Positions 49,816-62,063 of a stretch of 64,000 nt of DNA are shown piece by piece. Under the pieces are notes generated by a model that did not search any database, was not told the origin of the DNA, and saw only the letters and a program-made list of their open reading frames with translations. The DNA lies in the NCBI RefSeq assembly GCF_018977255.1, contig NW_024704743.1, positions 103,728,001 through 103,792,000 of the forward strand. The letters run 5' to 3'. The DNA comes from Callorhinchus milii. Its lineage: Eukaryota. Both the position numbers and the translations under genes were made by a program. How positions within the stretch are numbered: position 1 is the first letter of the stretch; each line of letters opens with the position of its first letter.

Positions 49816-51877
49816 GAGTGTCACTGAATTTTTTTTAAAAAATGGGTCATAAATATTACCAAGATCTTACTGAGTTGACAGCAGATCAAAGCGCTTTCAC
49901 TGCACTTTTGTACTTGCATTCCAATGCCTCAGTTCGTAGCAGTCAAGAAGATTAATAGTGATGCGAAGGGGATAAAGAAAGTTAGAAATTGCAAAAGAAA
50001 ATTATGAACACTTTTACAAGCCCAGAAGTGCAAGAAGCCATACCTACCCCCTCCCTCCCTCCCCCCATCTTGTACTCCCCAGCCCATTTTTAAGTGAGAC
50101 ACCTTTGGTGTGATTAGGTATGCACTCAATGAACAACACAATTTCTTCCATTACACAAGCACATCACTCATCTCCTGAGCAGAATCTAACAACCTGCTGT
50201 TTAAGCTGTTCTGTCCTCTAGCTGTATTAGATTCAGGAGATCAGACAAGGAACTTTTAATTTTTCGATTCACTGCATTTTAAGACCCACGACCCAGACAG
50301 CAAAAAAAACTCACACCGTCAATTAGCAATAGCCCATATCCAGGGAAGTCTGTCATGAGTTACTGCTTCCTGATTGATGGAATCTGTAAGCAAAGCACAT
50401 AGGCCAAAAAAACAGCACACGTGTGCTGGAAAAATATCAGGGAGAAAATGTTTTCTAACATCAAGCAATTGGATGAAAAAAATGGTCACGTTTATTCCTG
50501 ATTTGTAAAGAAACAAAGAGCCAGATGCTAAATGAGTTTTACTTCCCTCCCTTATTAACTAGTGAATCCAGGTATTGGACCGTATGGTCCTAGCTAATTG
50601 CAGGCTGAACAAGCGGAACGAGTGTGCTTAAAAGTAGAGAAAGAAAGGCTTTATTCTCTGCCCAGAAACTACATACAATACAGGAAATGAAGACATGTTT
50701 CTAAAAGTCTTTCCAGCTTCTGAATCAACTCGCCTTAACTCAAACCTCCCTTTTGTTCTCAAGCTTTACTGCCAGTAGCCCTGGTTATGAAACATGTTGG
50801 TACCGTTTTCCCTCCAACTTCCATTCACTTCACAAATGCTTGTAGAAGTTAAACTGTTACATTTCACCATCTGAGAGTTATCAAAGTTCACATCTCAAAT
50901 GAAACCATCTGAATTCTGGACTTGTTTTAATTTTCCAGCCAAATACCCCCTCTCCCGCATCCTTCTGGCAGCTGGCCACAGTGAGTAATAAAGTGCTAAG
51001 CAGAAGACAGGAAATACTAGAGAAGTCAAACAATGTTATGACAATGTTTATAACTTTTACAGTCAGGCCTGGCTGCACATCTGCACAACATTAGGCTCTG
51101 GTCAGGCCCACAGAGAGGAAACCATTCTTTAGCTGGCAGTGATCTGCTTTAAGCCAGATGTTATCACTTTACCGCTATCTCTTCAGCAAACAAAAAAAAT
51201 ATATTTTACATTTCTGAAGAGGAAATGGGAGTCTCTTGTTTGAGAAAAAAGGAAGAAAAATTCATTCTATCGCGTAATTGATTTACCACAACAAAAACTG
51301 AAATGGGGCCCAAACAATGACAAATTTCTCTGTCGTGATAAACCCACAGTTGACTGCAGCAAACAATCCCAGTCAATGGGGCACAGAACACCATACAGTG
51401 AGAGGTTCAAAGTACATTTGGGCCTTAGGAGGCACGGAATGGATTCAACAGTCCATAAAATTAAACAATTGACATGTATTTATACAAGAAATGCTCAACA
51501 ACTTGTTGACACATAATCCTAGCACGCTTGCAAGAACTGTCTTCTGTATCCCAGTAGTGTGGTGTCAAATAGAATCTTAGGAATCAAGTAGACCACTCGG
51601 CCCATGAAAACTTTGGCATCATCGTATAATTAGACCTCGGCAACTTTCTATGCTATTTAATTAATTTCAACTCACTGTCTCCCTTTATTTACTTTGTAAG
51701 TAGCTCTCTTTTGGACCTTACATCGATTTGCAATTTGTGTGGCTGGGGTGGGGGGTAGGGCAATAATTAATAATAATCCTTGCATGTTTAAAATGTAGCG
51801 ACTGTGGATTTGTAGGCAAACGCTTTGTAATGTAATCACTACCAGCACCCCAAAATAGAGCCAACCTTCGTGTATGA

Positions 51878-52108
51878 ACCCGGTTGATTGGCGGATCGTT
51901 TTTCCGGGGAAAATAATCACTTCAAAAAATTATAAGAAAAATTTGGTCACTCAATCCATGACTGTTTGTGGGACGCTGCTGTGCGTAATTGGCTGCTGCA
52001 TTTCGCCCACAAAATATACAGTAAATTCACTGTACAGTATATTCTATGAGGCGCTTTGAGATGTCTAGAAGATGTGATAAGGCGCTATATCAAATGCAAG
52101 GATTATTA
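51878..52108 (+). mobile_element. tRNA-headed SINE long variant, headless
   Basis: GATTGGCGGATCGTTTTTCCGGGGAAAATAATC, core and tail. Confidence 0.85.
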
Positions 52109-53731
52109 GCAGTAGTAGTCTGAAATGCTTATATATAGAACATTCTATTAACGACGGTCGCTTCAGGAGGTGAAAAAAATATGCACAAACGCTGAGCACA
52201 TCTGGAGGAGTTCAGACCAACCCCAATCTAGTAAAAGTGCTCTTATTAAATGGCATTTGATGTTTCAAACACTTCACCATAAAGGGGGGTTTTATGGTTT
52301 TATCGTCTGAACCCGATGCACTTTTAACACTTCCTAAACAATACATTATCCGTTTATGGGATCAAAGATGATAAAAATTCATTATTCTTGCACACCAAAA
52401 AATCGGGCAGTTGCAAAAAAAGAGGGTCTCTGCCTATTTGTGCTGCAAAGTGTTTGATTTTAAGATTTCCTGAAACTCGGTTTCTTTCCTCTGCTCTTCG
52501 GCACAATAGCCCTTTTTTCCCCCTGCAACACAACACTAATCAGATGAATGTGCCTTACAGGTCGATTCAAAACAGATGTTTCCAGAAAGGCAGAAAGCTT
52601 CGAACCCTCACTAAAACATACTTAGCCATTATGTGGTTTCGACAATGCTTTTCTGACTGGGGCACTTTTGTACCAACGTGGTTCACGATGCACGCTTTAC
52701 TATTTAATGGCACTCGTGTTAATGAAGTGCTTTCTCAAATGACAGGTTACAGCTCACATCAATTCAGAAGCTTTGGAGTACTTTAACGTGTCACTTTTTC
52801 CCTTTATAAAAGCAAAAATGTGTTCTCCATTCACTTCACGCAGTACGCCCTTTCCATCAAGCAATGTTTTTGGAACCGTGCACACACAAAAAGCCAAAGC
52901 AAAGACACATCATAGAGCTTCTGTGTTAGTGCAGGAGCTGGAAACCACACACGGCAACGATGTAGAGGGGCTGGAGTATTGTAAACAAAGAGACTGACAA
53001 ACTGTTGTCCCAGTTGTGTTGAGTTGCAAACTGTTGTGCTCATAGAATTCAGCCTTTAGCCTAGTCTCTCTTCAACATCGCCTCTCCAAAATACACAACT
53101 CACTCAGTTCAGATATGAACCAAGTGACTGACACAAGAAGGGAAACAGGAAAGAATAAAACATTTTTTAAGTCAAACCTCTTTGGAAGCTTGCACTCAGT
53201 TTACTTCCAGCTAGGTTATAAACCTCATTATCACAGAACATACAGAGTGAAATCCTGGTTTACTGAATCTAAGTATTCGAAATTTGGACCTGGCACAAAA
53301 GTAAATTTTTAAAAAGTTTCCATGTTCCCATGCAAATGTAGACCCCTGCCAGCCACGCTCCCATTGTGGGCCCCACCTCACCATGCTTGCTAAACTTCAG
53401 TAGCCGAGGATATCGACTTTGATTCAATTTGAATCATTCAATGACTAGGCATTTATCGTCACTGTAAACAGCTGGTAACTGCTGGTACCAGCATTGTCCT
53501 TACACTTTGCCATCTCATTCATTTCCCCCCCCATTGGTCTAGTCTTACTTCGTCTTTAAGTTTATTTTGTCTTATGCTTTAATACAGAAGAAAATTTTGG
53601 AAAATCTTTACTCTTCATTTGGAAGTCAATTCCTTTAAGTAATGCAGAAAAACAGCTTCTAAATTAAGACTTCATTAAGTATTGCCCATCTTCATCTTAA
53701 AGTTTAACATCAAGAACACTCTTTGGACAAA

Positions 53732-54130
53732 GTGTCAGTCTGACTCAATTGGTAGCACTCTTACTTCTGGGTCAGAAGATTGTGGGTTCAAGCCACAAGT
53801 CAGAACTTTAACCTCATAATGTAGGCAAACACTTCAGTGCAGTGCTGGCAGGTATATTGCGTTGTTGGAGATGCCATCCTTTATATGAGATGTTAAACCA
53901 AGATCCCATTTACTTCATCGGGTGGACATTAAAAGATCCTGTTGCACTATTGGGAAATAGAAAATAATTTCTTCTGGTTTCTTCTTCTGGATCTGGTCTG
54001 CAATCCCTCATGTTATGGCTGTGTATGGGACACTGCTGTGCACAAATTGGCTGCCACATTTACCATAAGGTAAAATTAAAATCCTGTGAAGCTCTTTGAG
54101 ACATTAACATACAAGTCACAATATCAAATG
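53732..54130 (+). mobile_element. Older DeuSINE
   Basis: Head, central region, core and tail recognisable. Confidence 0.8.
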
Positions 54131-54769
54131 TACCTTCAAGAAAGCAGTTGGAGAAAGTGTAGGCAGGCATTTCCAACATAAAATAGTTGCAATTTCTTAT
54201 AGGAGTGGAGTCTGATTTGTGAATCTCTTAACTGAATTCCTATTACCTTAGAGCAACTCTGCTTGGAAGTAACTTGTATCGGAACAGTGATGGTGCAGGT
54301 CAGTGTGTATCAGAAACAGTGCCTTTAAGATTCCTTATTAGAGAATCCCAGAAAGATGGATATTGCAAAACAGATCTCATTATCAGGACACACAACACAT
54401 GTGAGATTGGTTAAGAGCAAGTTTGAATTTTTTCTTTTTTAAAAAAAAGCACAATGCTTTGTTATGTTAGAATGATTGTGTTCCGTGAGATCTAAATCAT
54501 AGGAACTGTCTACAGACAATACTTTCAACATAATGAGAACAAGCACTGCAGATCAAGGGGTCTCGGTGCAATCAACTACAACAGACCAGGTTGGCAGAAG
54601 TGAGCAGGCCAGAGGGCTGGGGAGAGACAGTATGGAAAAAGGAAATGCTTACTCCACTTGTGGAGATGCCAATCACACAGTTCAGTGACTTTTCCCCTCC
54701 GCCTCCTTCCCAGACCTGGCACATACAGAATATTACCACATCATCTGGATCCCAGAAACACCTTTTCTC

Positions 54770-55101
54770 TCTGGTCTGCCCGTTTTGTTGCAATTCCAAC
54801 CCCCCCTTTGCTTTGCAATATCACCACCTCTATTTCCTTGTTTTGTTGTAATCTCCCCCTGCCCCCACTTTGTTTTGCATCATTAACACTGCTTTAACCC
54901 ATCATCTCCTGTCCTCTACTCCATTTTCTCCTTTGTCTTCCTTGCCCTGCCTCCCCCACCCTCTTTGTTACCCCTTAAAAGCCTCTCCCTCCCAACATGC
55001 CCCAGTTCTGACAAAGGATCGTGGACCGAAAACATTGACTCACTTTCCTTTCTCCATAGATGCTGCCTGACCTGCTGAGTGTTACCAGCGACTTCTGTTT
55101 T
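54770..55101 (+). mobile_element. Penelope-like element 3' terminal (pLTR) fragment with decayed hammerhead motif
   Basis: Pyrimidine-rich tract, then AGTT-CTGACAA-AGGATCGTGGACC-GAAAAC-ATTGACT and CCATAGATGCTGCCTGACCTGCTGAG; shares about 70 bp with 58927-59140. Confidence 0.6.
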
Positions 55102-55744
55102 AGTCACAGACAGAACTCTAATTACTGGCTCTCTGTAATCTCTCAGCACAGCTATCACATCAGCATGTCTGATGGTCCTACTGCTTTGCCCTCATTTGAT
55201 TTTCACCTATTCCTGTTCCAGACCTGCCCTTGCACTGACATATCCTCGCAATGGCTCTTTGACAAGATATAAACCCAACACTCGTGTTCATTCACACAAT
55301 GCAGAGGTTCCAAACCATGGGCGGGGCTGTAACTCAAAGCTGCCCACCTCTCAGTTGAGGAAGTAAGGAGATTCCAAGTGGGGAACATGAAAAGCTTTCA
55401 ATCTCTGAGAATAAATTCATTCCCATAGTGAATGCTTGTAGCTTGATTCATACCTTTTTTAAATATATATATATATTTGTCTGATGGATTGTTTTAAATA
55501 ATACTTGTTCTATTTATCAAAAGCCCAGCCGTTTACAATTTATAAACCATTTGTCAAACATTGCACTGGTCTTTGCATCCTGGTGCACTAGCAGCTGTGG
55601 CCACGATTCATCACAAAGTGAGAGCTTGACAGTTAATAAGGGAAGGAAACACTGAACGGAGGCAACAGAGATCAAAACAAGCCAGAGGCAGAAGAAAAAA
55701 CAACGAAGATACACACACACAGATAAAGAAACAAAGAATTAGAC

Positions 55745-56005
55745 AACTAGGGCTCCTCAGTCTTAAAAAAATCTAAGAGGGGACCTTATTGAGATATACA
55801 AGACTTTCAACGGTATTGAGAAAGTAAACACGCAACAAACAGTACATTAGACTGCACCGAGAAGCAGAACAAGGACACAGGTTTAGGGTGGCAAATAATT
55901 TCAGGACAGATACCAGTAAATATTGTTTACTGGAACAGGTTTCCAGGAAGGATGGTTGAAGCCACGTCACTGGACTCGTTCAAAAAACAGCTTGACGCTA
56001 TGATG
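55745..56005 (+). mobile_element. CR1-type LINE ORF2 3' fragment
   Basis: LRGDLIEIYKTFNG and SLDSFKKQLD are typical CR1 ORF2 C-terminal motifs. Confidence 0.8.
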
Positions 56006-56849
56006 AGAAGACAGTAAAAAGACAATGGAATTCTGAGAGGATGAGAGAGTGTGAGTGAGAGAGAGGAGAAATTGCTACAGAATGCAAGTGTGTGAGAAAA
56101 GACACACATACAATTGAATCCTTAAATAAAAGATCAAAATAAACCCTTATAAAACACAACCAGAAAATAACTGAAAATTGCATCCAAATAATTCTAAAAT
56201 AAGAAAAATTCCAGAAGAAATACTGACCAAATACAGGTTAAAGGATCATAGACTAAAATGCAATGCCCCATTGTTGCAAATGAAACATCAGCACTGAGTA
56301 AAACGGGAGCAGATTTTAAAGAATAGTTCATAGCAAGCAAACTTACTGATTCTACTCAAGTAAAAATACAGCAGAAATGTCACAAAAAAACTTATATTTC
56401 AAAGAAAGACTGAATTATAGAATAAAAGTATTAAAAAGTACAATATAAGTCCAAATTACCTGAAGTTTCTCAACCTACAGGATTACATCAAAGGGCAAAA
56501 AGGTTGTTTGCTATTTTGTAGACACTTCTAAGGATGCAGAAGATCAGAACAGAAGGTACTGGCCCTATATGAGGTTATGCCCAGACGCTAGAGTGGGTCT
56601 GATTCAAATACCTTTTACATCAGTTGTGCCTCAGAGGAAGAGCAGCAGGAAATTTATTTAGCTCCTCTTCCTTACAAAATTGACTCGTGACCAACAAATC
56701 CAAATATTTGCAAATTAAACATTTTTTCATCAGGAGCACCGTATGCAGCTGTGCAAATTCAGGAGACAAGACGAAGGTTTGAGCTCAGAATGTTGGAAGT
56801 GCTACTTGAAGTTTTTTTTATTAACTGCTCAAGATTCATGCTTCTAAAG

Positions 56850-57152
56850 AGTGTATTTTGTAGATCACAAACATCCATGTAGTAAATGACCTGTTTTATC
56901 TGGGGAATTGTTGGCCAGGACACCGGGAGAAACTGCATTCACTTTTTAAATAGTGCCGAAGGATCTTTAATGTCTAACTGAACAGGCAAACGGGGCCTGG
57001 GTTTATTCTCATCCGAAGGATGGCACCTCCAATGGTCAAACCCCAACACTGAACGTCAGCCTGGAGACCGAGTTCAAGGTCCTGATGTGGGACTTGAATC
57101 CTTCCCCATCCGATTCAAAGGTGAGAGTGCAATCAGCTGAGCCAGGCTGACT
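56850..57152 (-). mobile_element. Older DeuSINE
   Basis: Antisense central region and head. Confidence 0.8.
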
Positions 57153-57707
57153 TAAATCTGACCCACAACAGCCAATAGTTTAAAACCATAACTGTACTGC
57201 AAGTGTTTTTTTTCTAAGAAAATTTCATTGCACTATTTATGTCCATGAAGATGATTTAAAACAGATAAAGCGGACCATTGCAAATCCAAAGTATTTGATA
57301 TTAAGCATCTGTTAAAAAATGTTGAAATATTTATAGAGCAGTAAACTTGTATCTGGGAGAATAAAATGCTTCACTCATGCAGTGTTTAGATCGGAGGATT
57401 TGCTAACAGTGCAGCATCACAATACTAGCAATTCAAGCATTTTATCTTTTTTCATGCTGTTTAATCGCAATAATTCACAACGGGCTGTGTCAATTCCCAG
57501 TGAGATGAAAGAAACTGCTTCAAAGAAAGCAGAACAGACTATGATGAAGTCATTTACTTGGCTTTATTAGCCAAAAGCACTTCATTGATATCACAGATAG
57601 TAAACCTTGACACTGCTTCCTGGTATAGTACTTAAACAAGTGGTGGCAGGTTCCACGAGCAAGCGGTATTTCTGCTCAGTTTCAATGTATTGCTACCATT
57701 TATTACG

Positions 57708-58090
57708 GCAGATAGCACTCTCACCTCGGAGTCAGAAGGATGTCTGTTCAATCAGGACTCTGATTTTATAGTCTAATCTGAGACTCCAGTGTAGTGCTGG
57801 GGAGTGTACCAGTTTTCAAATGAGATGTTACCCGAGGTCCTGTCTGCCTTTTCAGATGGACATTAAAGACTCCATGGCACCATTCAAAGTTAAAGGAGTT
57901 TTCCCCTGTGTCCTGTCAAACAATTCTCCCAGATAAAATTGATAATTTACTTCATAGCTGTTTGTGGGACTTCTCTGTGCCTAAATTGTCTGCTAGGTTC
58001 CCCTATAAAACACAGATACTGCACTTTATAGTGAATCATGTGAAACATTTGAGTCATTGAGACATTATATCAAATGAAATGATCATTATA
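57708..58090 (+). mobile_element. Older DeuSINE
   Basis: Head remnant, central region, core and tail. Confidence 0.78.
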
Positions 58091-58926
58091 AGTTTAGGTT
58101 TATAAACTTGTAACGCAAAAACACTTTTTCCTGCAGTCTTTCCAATATTAGTTGATCCAAAAGGTAGCAGGGCTCAATTTTTAGAACATCCACTGTATAT
58201 CTTTGTGTGCACTTTTATACCTTCTAAACATTAAGAGACCAATTGCTACAATTATTATGTAGATGCACAAGGCATTAAACATTAATTTGGTGGAATTCGT
58301 CAGAGGTAACTGCTTATTTACAGAAAACGAGATGCATTTAAAGCTCGCATACTATGTTTTCGCTGAATCTGTAACTGCTTCACCAGTAACTCTGAATGAA
58401 CATTAGCTGCCAGGATGTTTCCTCAGGGTTTTTTTTTGGGGGGTGAGAAACAGAAGATAAAATATTCATTTTGGGGAATGAAAACAAACTGCAAAAATAA
58501 AATTACTGCTGTGTAACCTTTAACAAGGCTTCAATATATTCTTACAATATTTATTTCACAATGAGACAGAGATCACAACAGGTTCCTTGCTAGTTGGTTC
58601 TGCACTTACAGCCCTCTGACTCACATTACAGATTCACACAGGAACCCTGTTAGTGTCATCCTACGTGGTAAGAGGAAGTCTCATTTGTAGAATATTCCTT
58701 ACATGTGGAAGGAAGGTTAAAGAGGAAAGAATGCTGGTGAATGAGCGATTTCCCAAAAATGTGAATTAATTGGCGAAAGATCTCATAGTTTGCTGCCATA
58801 GATCAGTTCCTACAATTGCTCCATAATGAACACTTGATTTTGTTTAATCTTGTTCTGTAAAAAGCTTTGAGATACTTCTATCCAAAAGGTGATATTATAA
58901 GTTGACAATATAGTAAACAGTATGAA

Positions 58927-59140
58927 AACAAAAACAGAAGTCGCTGGGAATACTCAGCAGGTCAGGCAGCATCTACGGAGACAGGAAAATGAGTCAACGT
59001 TTCGCGTCCATGACATTTCGTGGCCAGGTTGTTGGCCAGGTGGAAACGTTGACTCACTTTCCTTTCTCCATAGATGCTGCCTGACCTGTTCCCAGCGATT
59101 TCTGTTTTCAGATTTCCAGCATCTGCATTTTTTTTGCATT
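58927..59140. mobile_element. Inverted pair of Penelope-like terminal repeats (fold-back element)
   Basis: AAAACAGAAGTCGCTGGGAA...CAGGTCAGGCAGCATCTA...GAGTCAACGTTTC is the reverse complement of GAAACGTTGACTC...TAGATGCTGCCTGACCTG..TTCCCAGCGATTTCTGTTTT. Confidence 0.7.
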
Positions 59141-59423
59141 TAATAAACAGTATCTTAAGTTGTTAAGAGGGAAGGATATCTTAAGTAAATTAGACTCGAT
59201 TAGAATTAAGAGGTGGTGATGTTTGGGGGGTGAGGGGTTAAATCAGGACAAGGAACCAGAAACAGAATAGAAATCATGTAATTATTAATAATAATCATAA
59301 ATAATAATGATGGGCAAGACAGAAATAAAAGCTACTCTAAGTGACGAAATGGATTTGAATTTTTATGTTTCAAAAATTTGCCCATTAGAACACTCAAACA
59401 AGATCAGTGTTGAAACCTAAAAT

Positions 59424-59636
59424 AAAATAATCCTTACATTTGCTTTAGCGTGTTTCACATTGGAAGGATGTCTCAAATTGCTTCACAGGATTTACTGTAA
59501 AATTTATTGAGGATTTTGTGAACGAAGGCGTTAGCCAATTTACACACAACAATGTCCCAGAACAGCTTCGGGACATTGTTGTGTGTAAATTGCTCACCCG
59601 CTCTCTCCCCATAGCCCTGGGGGATTGTTGGCCAGG
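59424..59636 (-). mobile_element. Older DeuSINE 3' part containing a perfect 23-bp inverted duplication
   Basis: Antisense tail and core; palindrome arms at 59536-59558 and 59570-59592. Confidence 0.8.
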
Positions 59637-60119
59637 TGGAAATTTGAGACTGAGTTGGTTTATAACAATGAAAAATCGTAATAAAAGAGTTAGAGATCGA
59701 ATTATCTGATTAGCCATTAAAAAGATTATTGCACAAGGTGAGGAGACTTTGGAACAAAGAAATTCACATGCACCACAGAAAATGTGATCATTTTAAAATG
59801 TTCTTTTACAAGAAAAAGCTAGCTTTGAAATCCCAATTGGAAATGTTATTGAATAAATTTGCAGGTAGAAAATTACTTTGATAGAAACCTGAAGTGGAAA
59901 CAGTTTATCTCCAGAACTCTTGGAAAAGAACAGATCTGAATTGTAATATTATTGCATTACTATGCTCAGCCTGGTATAACATCAAAATTAAATTGATGAT
60001 TCACTCACTTATTAGCTGCACACTAAATAACTACTAGGCTTGCCTTCAAAAATAAGTTACTGAACTGAACAATTATTCCTGCAAAGTGCTGGGATTTGAT
60101 GAGGCAATGAATAAATGTG

Positions 60120-60482
60120 CGTCAATCTGGCTCAGTTTGCAGCACCCTTGCTCCGAGTCAGAAGGCTGTGGGTTCAAGCCCCAAGCCAGGACTTTGAACT
60201 CTAGGCTGTAACTGCAATGCAGTGCTTGGTGGGGGGGGCTCCACTGTTGGAAGACAATAAACGAGATACAATCTGCCTGTTCTGATGTTAAATTATGATT
60301 TTTTTTCAAAAAAGGGAATTTCTCCCTATATCCTGGTCAACAATCCGCCAAATAAAATTGGTGATTCATTTTATGGCTGTTTATGGGACATTGCTGTGTG
60401 TAAACTTGCCTATAAAATACTTCACTTTAGAGTATATCTTGTGAAACACTTTGAAACATCCTCCAGACATGAAAGGCTCTAA
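60120..60482 (+). mobile_element. Older DeuSINE
   Basis: Head CTGGCTCAGTTTGCAGCAC...GTGGGTTCAAGCCCC, core and tail. Confidence 0.8.
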
Positions 60483-60576
60483 TATTAAACACTGTATATA
60501 AATTATTTACTATTTATCAAACACAAAGATTTTTATTGGAAGCAACATAAGGAAAAAGTAGATGCATCTTGAAGAC

Positions 60577-61097
60577 TTATAGAAATTTACAGTGCAGAAG
60601 GTGACCATTTGGCCTATCAAGTCAGCGCTAGCTCTTAGACCAAGTTTGGAATTTCAATCCCAGCCCTTTCCCCATACACCTTCAAGCTTCTAACTTTCAC
60701 ATACCTGTCTAATTTGAACCACTCACAATTGACTGCCTCTACCACCTTACATGAGCGAACATTTCCACATCCCAATAACTGTGTGTGAAAGCATTCTCCT
60801 AAACTCTCCTTTTGTGACTTATTTTATATCTATGTCTCCTAGTCATTAACAGTGGCTAGATTCACTGACGATCACTATTAATGGAAATAACGTCTCCCTA
60901 TTCACAGTGTCAAGACCCCTCATAATTTTGGAAACAAGGCCCTGTTCATTCTTCTCTGCTGCCATGACCCAACTTCTTCAGTCTCTCCTCATAACTATAG
61001 CCCCTCATCTCCAGTATCATTCTCAGAAATCTCCTTTGCACCCTTCCAAATTCTTGACATCCTTCCTAAAGTGAGGTGCTCAAAATTGAATACAGTT
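60577..61097 (-). mobile_element. CR1-type LINE 3' fragment
   Basis: Antisense CR1 terminus ATAGAAATTTACAGTGCAGAAGGTGACCATTTGGCC; minus strand encodes CIQF.APHFRKDVKNLEGCK-like and YEERLKKLG motifs. Confidence 0.8.
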
Positions 61098-61687
61098 CAA
61101 TCAATGCGCTCAGGCAATAAGCTAAAATATTGTAATGGACTGGTTAATAAATATGCAGCCGGGGGAAAAAAAAAAATCGACCTAATAAAATCTTAAACAA
61201 TTTACTGAAAGTAAAGCTTTCAGTCTCCGATATCTTCCACAAAACGAGATAGCTTCTAAAACATTCACGTTTTACAGTAAACATTATTTGCACTCAGCCC
61301 AATTAAGTTGTGATTCATTTATTTTATAGTTTGATGCACGATTTTTACTATTCTATCAGACAGTTTCTGGTGGTTTTGGGGAGGTCGAGACAGCATCAAG
61401 AATCCACAAACTTCAAGTATTTAAAATGCAAATACTTGCTGGGAGTACGGATTCAAGCTGATAATGTGCGGGTGGTTTGAGTGCAGCTGTCTTAAAATTT
61501 CTGAGTCGTTTAAATTAAAACAAGGGATAAAATGGAGCTGCTACAGGCAAGACACCAGATTGATACAAATACCTAATAAGGAATGTACTTTATTTTTGGT
61601 CCGAGTACTTAATAAAGTGGTACAATTTACCCTCAACAAAGAAAAATCTACTCAGAAGTCTGAATGACGTCTATTAAGTTAAGATAC

Positions 61688-62063
61688 GTGGAGCCCTGTA
61701 ACTCAGTAGTTAGAGCACTTGCCTTGCAAGTGAGAGACCTGGGTTCTATTCCCTGCAGGGCGAAATGTTTGGTAAGTTTCCTTACTCCACACGGCTCTGA
61801 TTATCTAGCAGTAAGTAGGAACCCAGTTGTTAAGTCGCTTTATCGGGGATAATATTCCCCCACCCAAAAACAAATCAATAATAATTTGGTCATTCAATCC
61901 ACAACTGTTTGTGGGACACTGCTGTGCGCAATTGGCTGCCACATTTCACACATAAAATATACAATCAATTCACTTTACAGTATATTCTGTGAAGCACTAT
62001 AAGACATCTAGAAGACATGAAAAGTGCTATATCAAATACAAGGATTATTATTATTATTACTAT
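61688..62063 (+). mobile_element. tRNA-Ala-headed SINE, long variant, full length
   Basis: Head, internal CTCTGATTATCTAGCAGTAAGTAGGAACC segment, core, (TTA)n tail. Confidence 0.9.
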
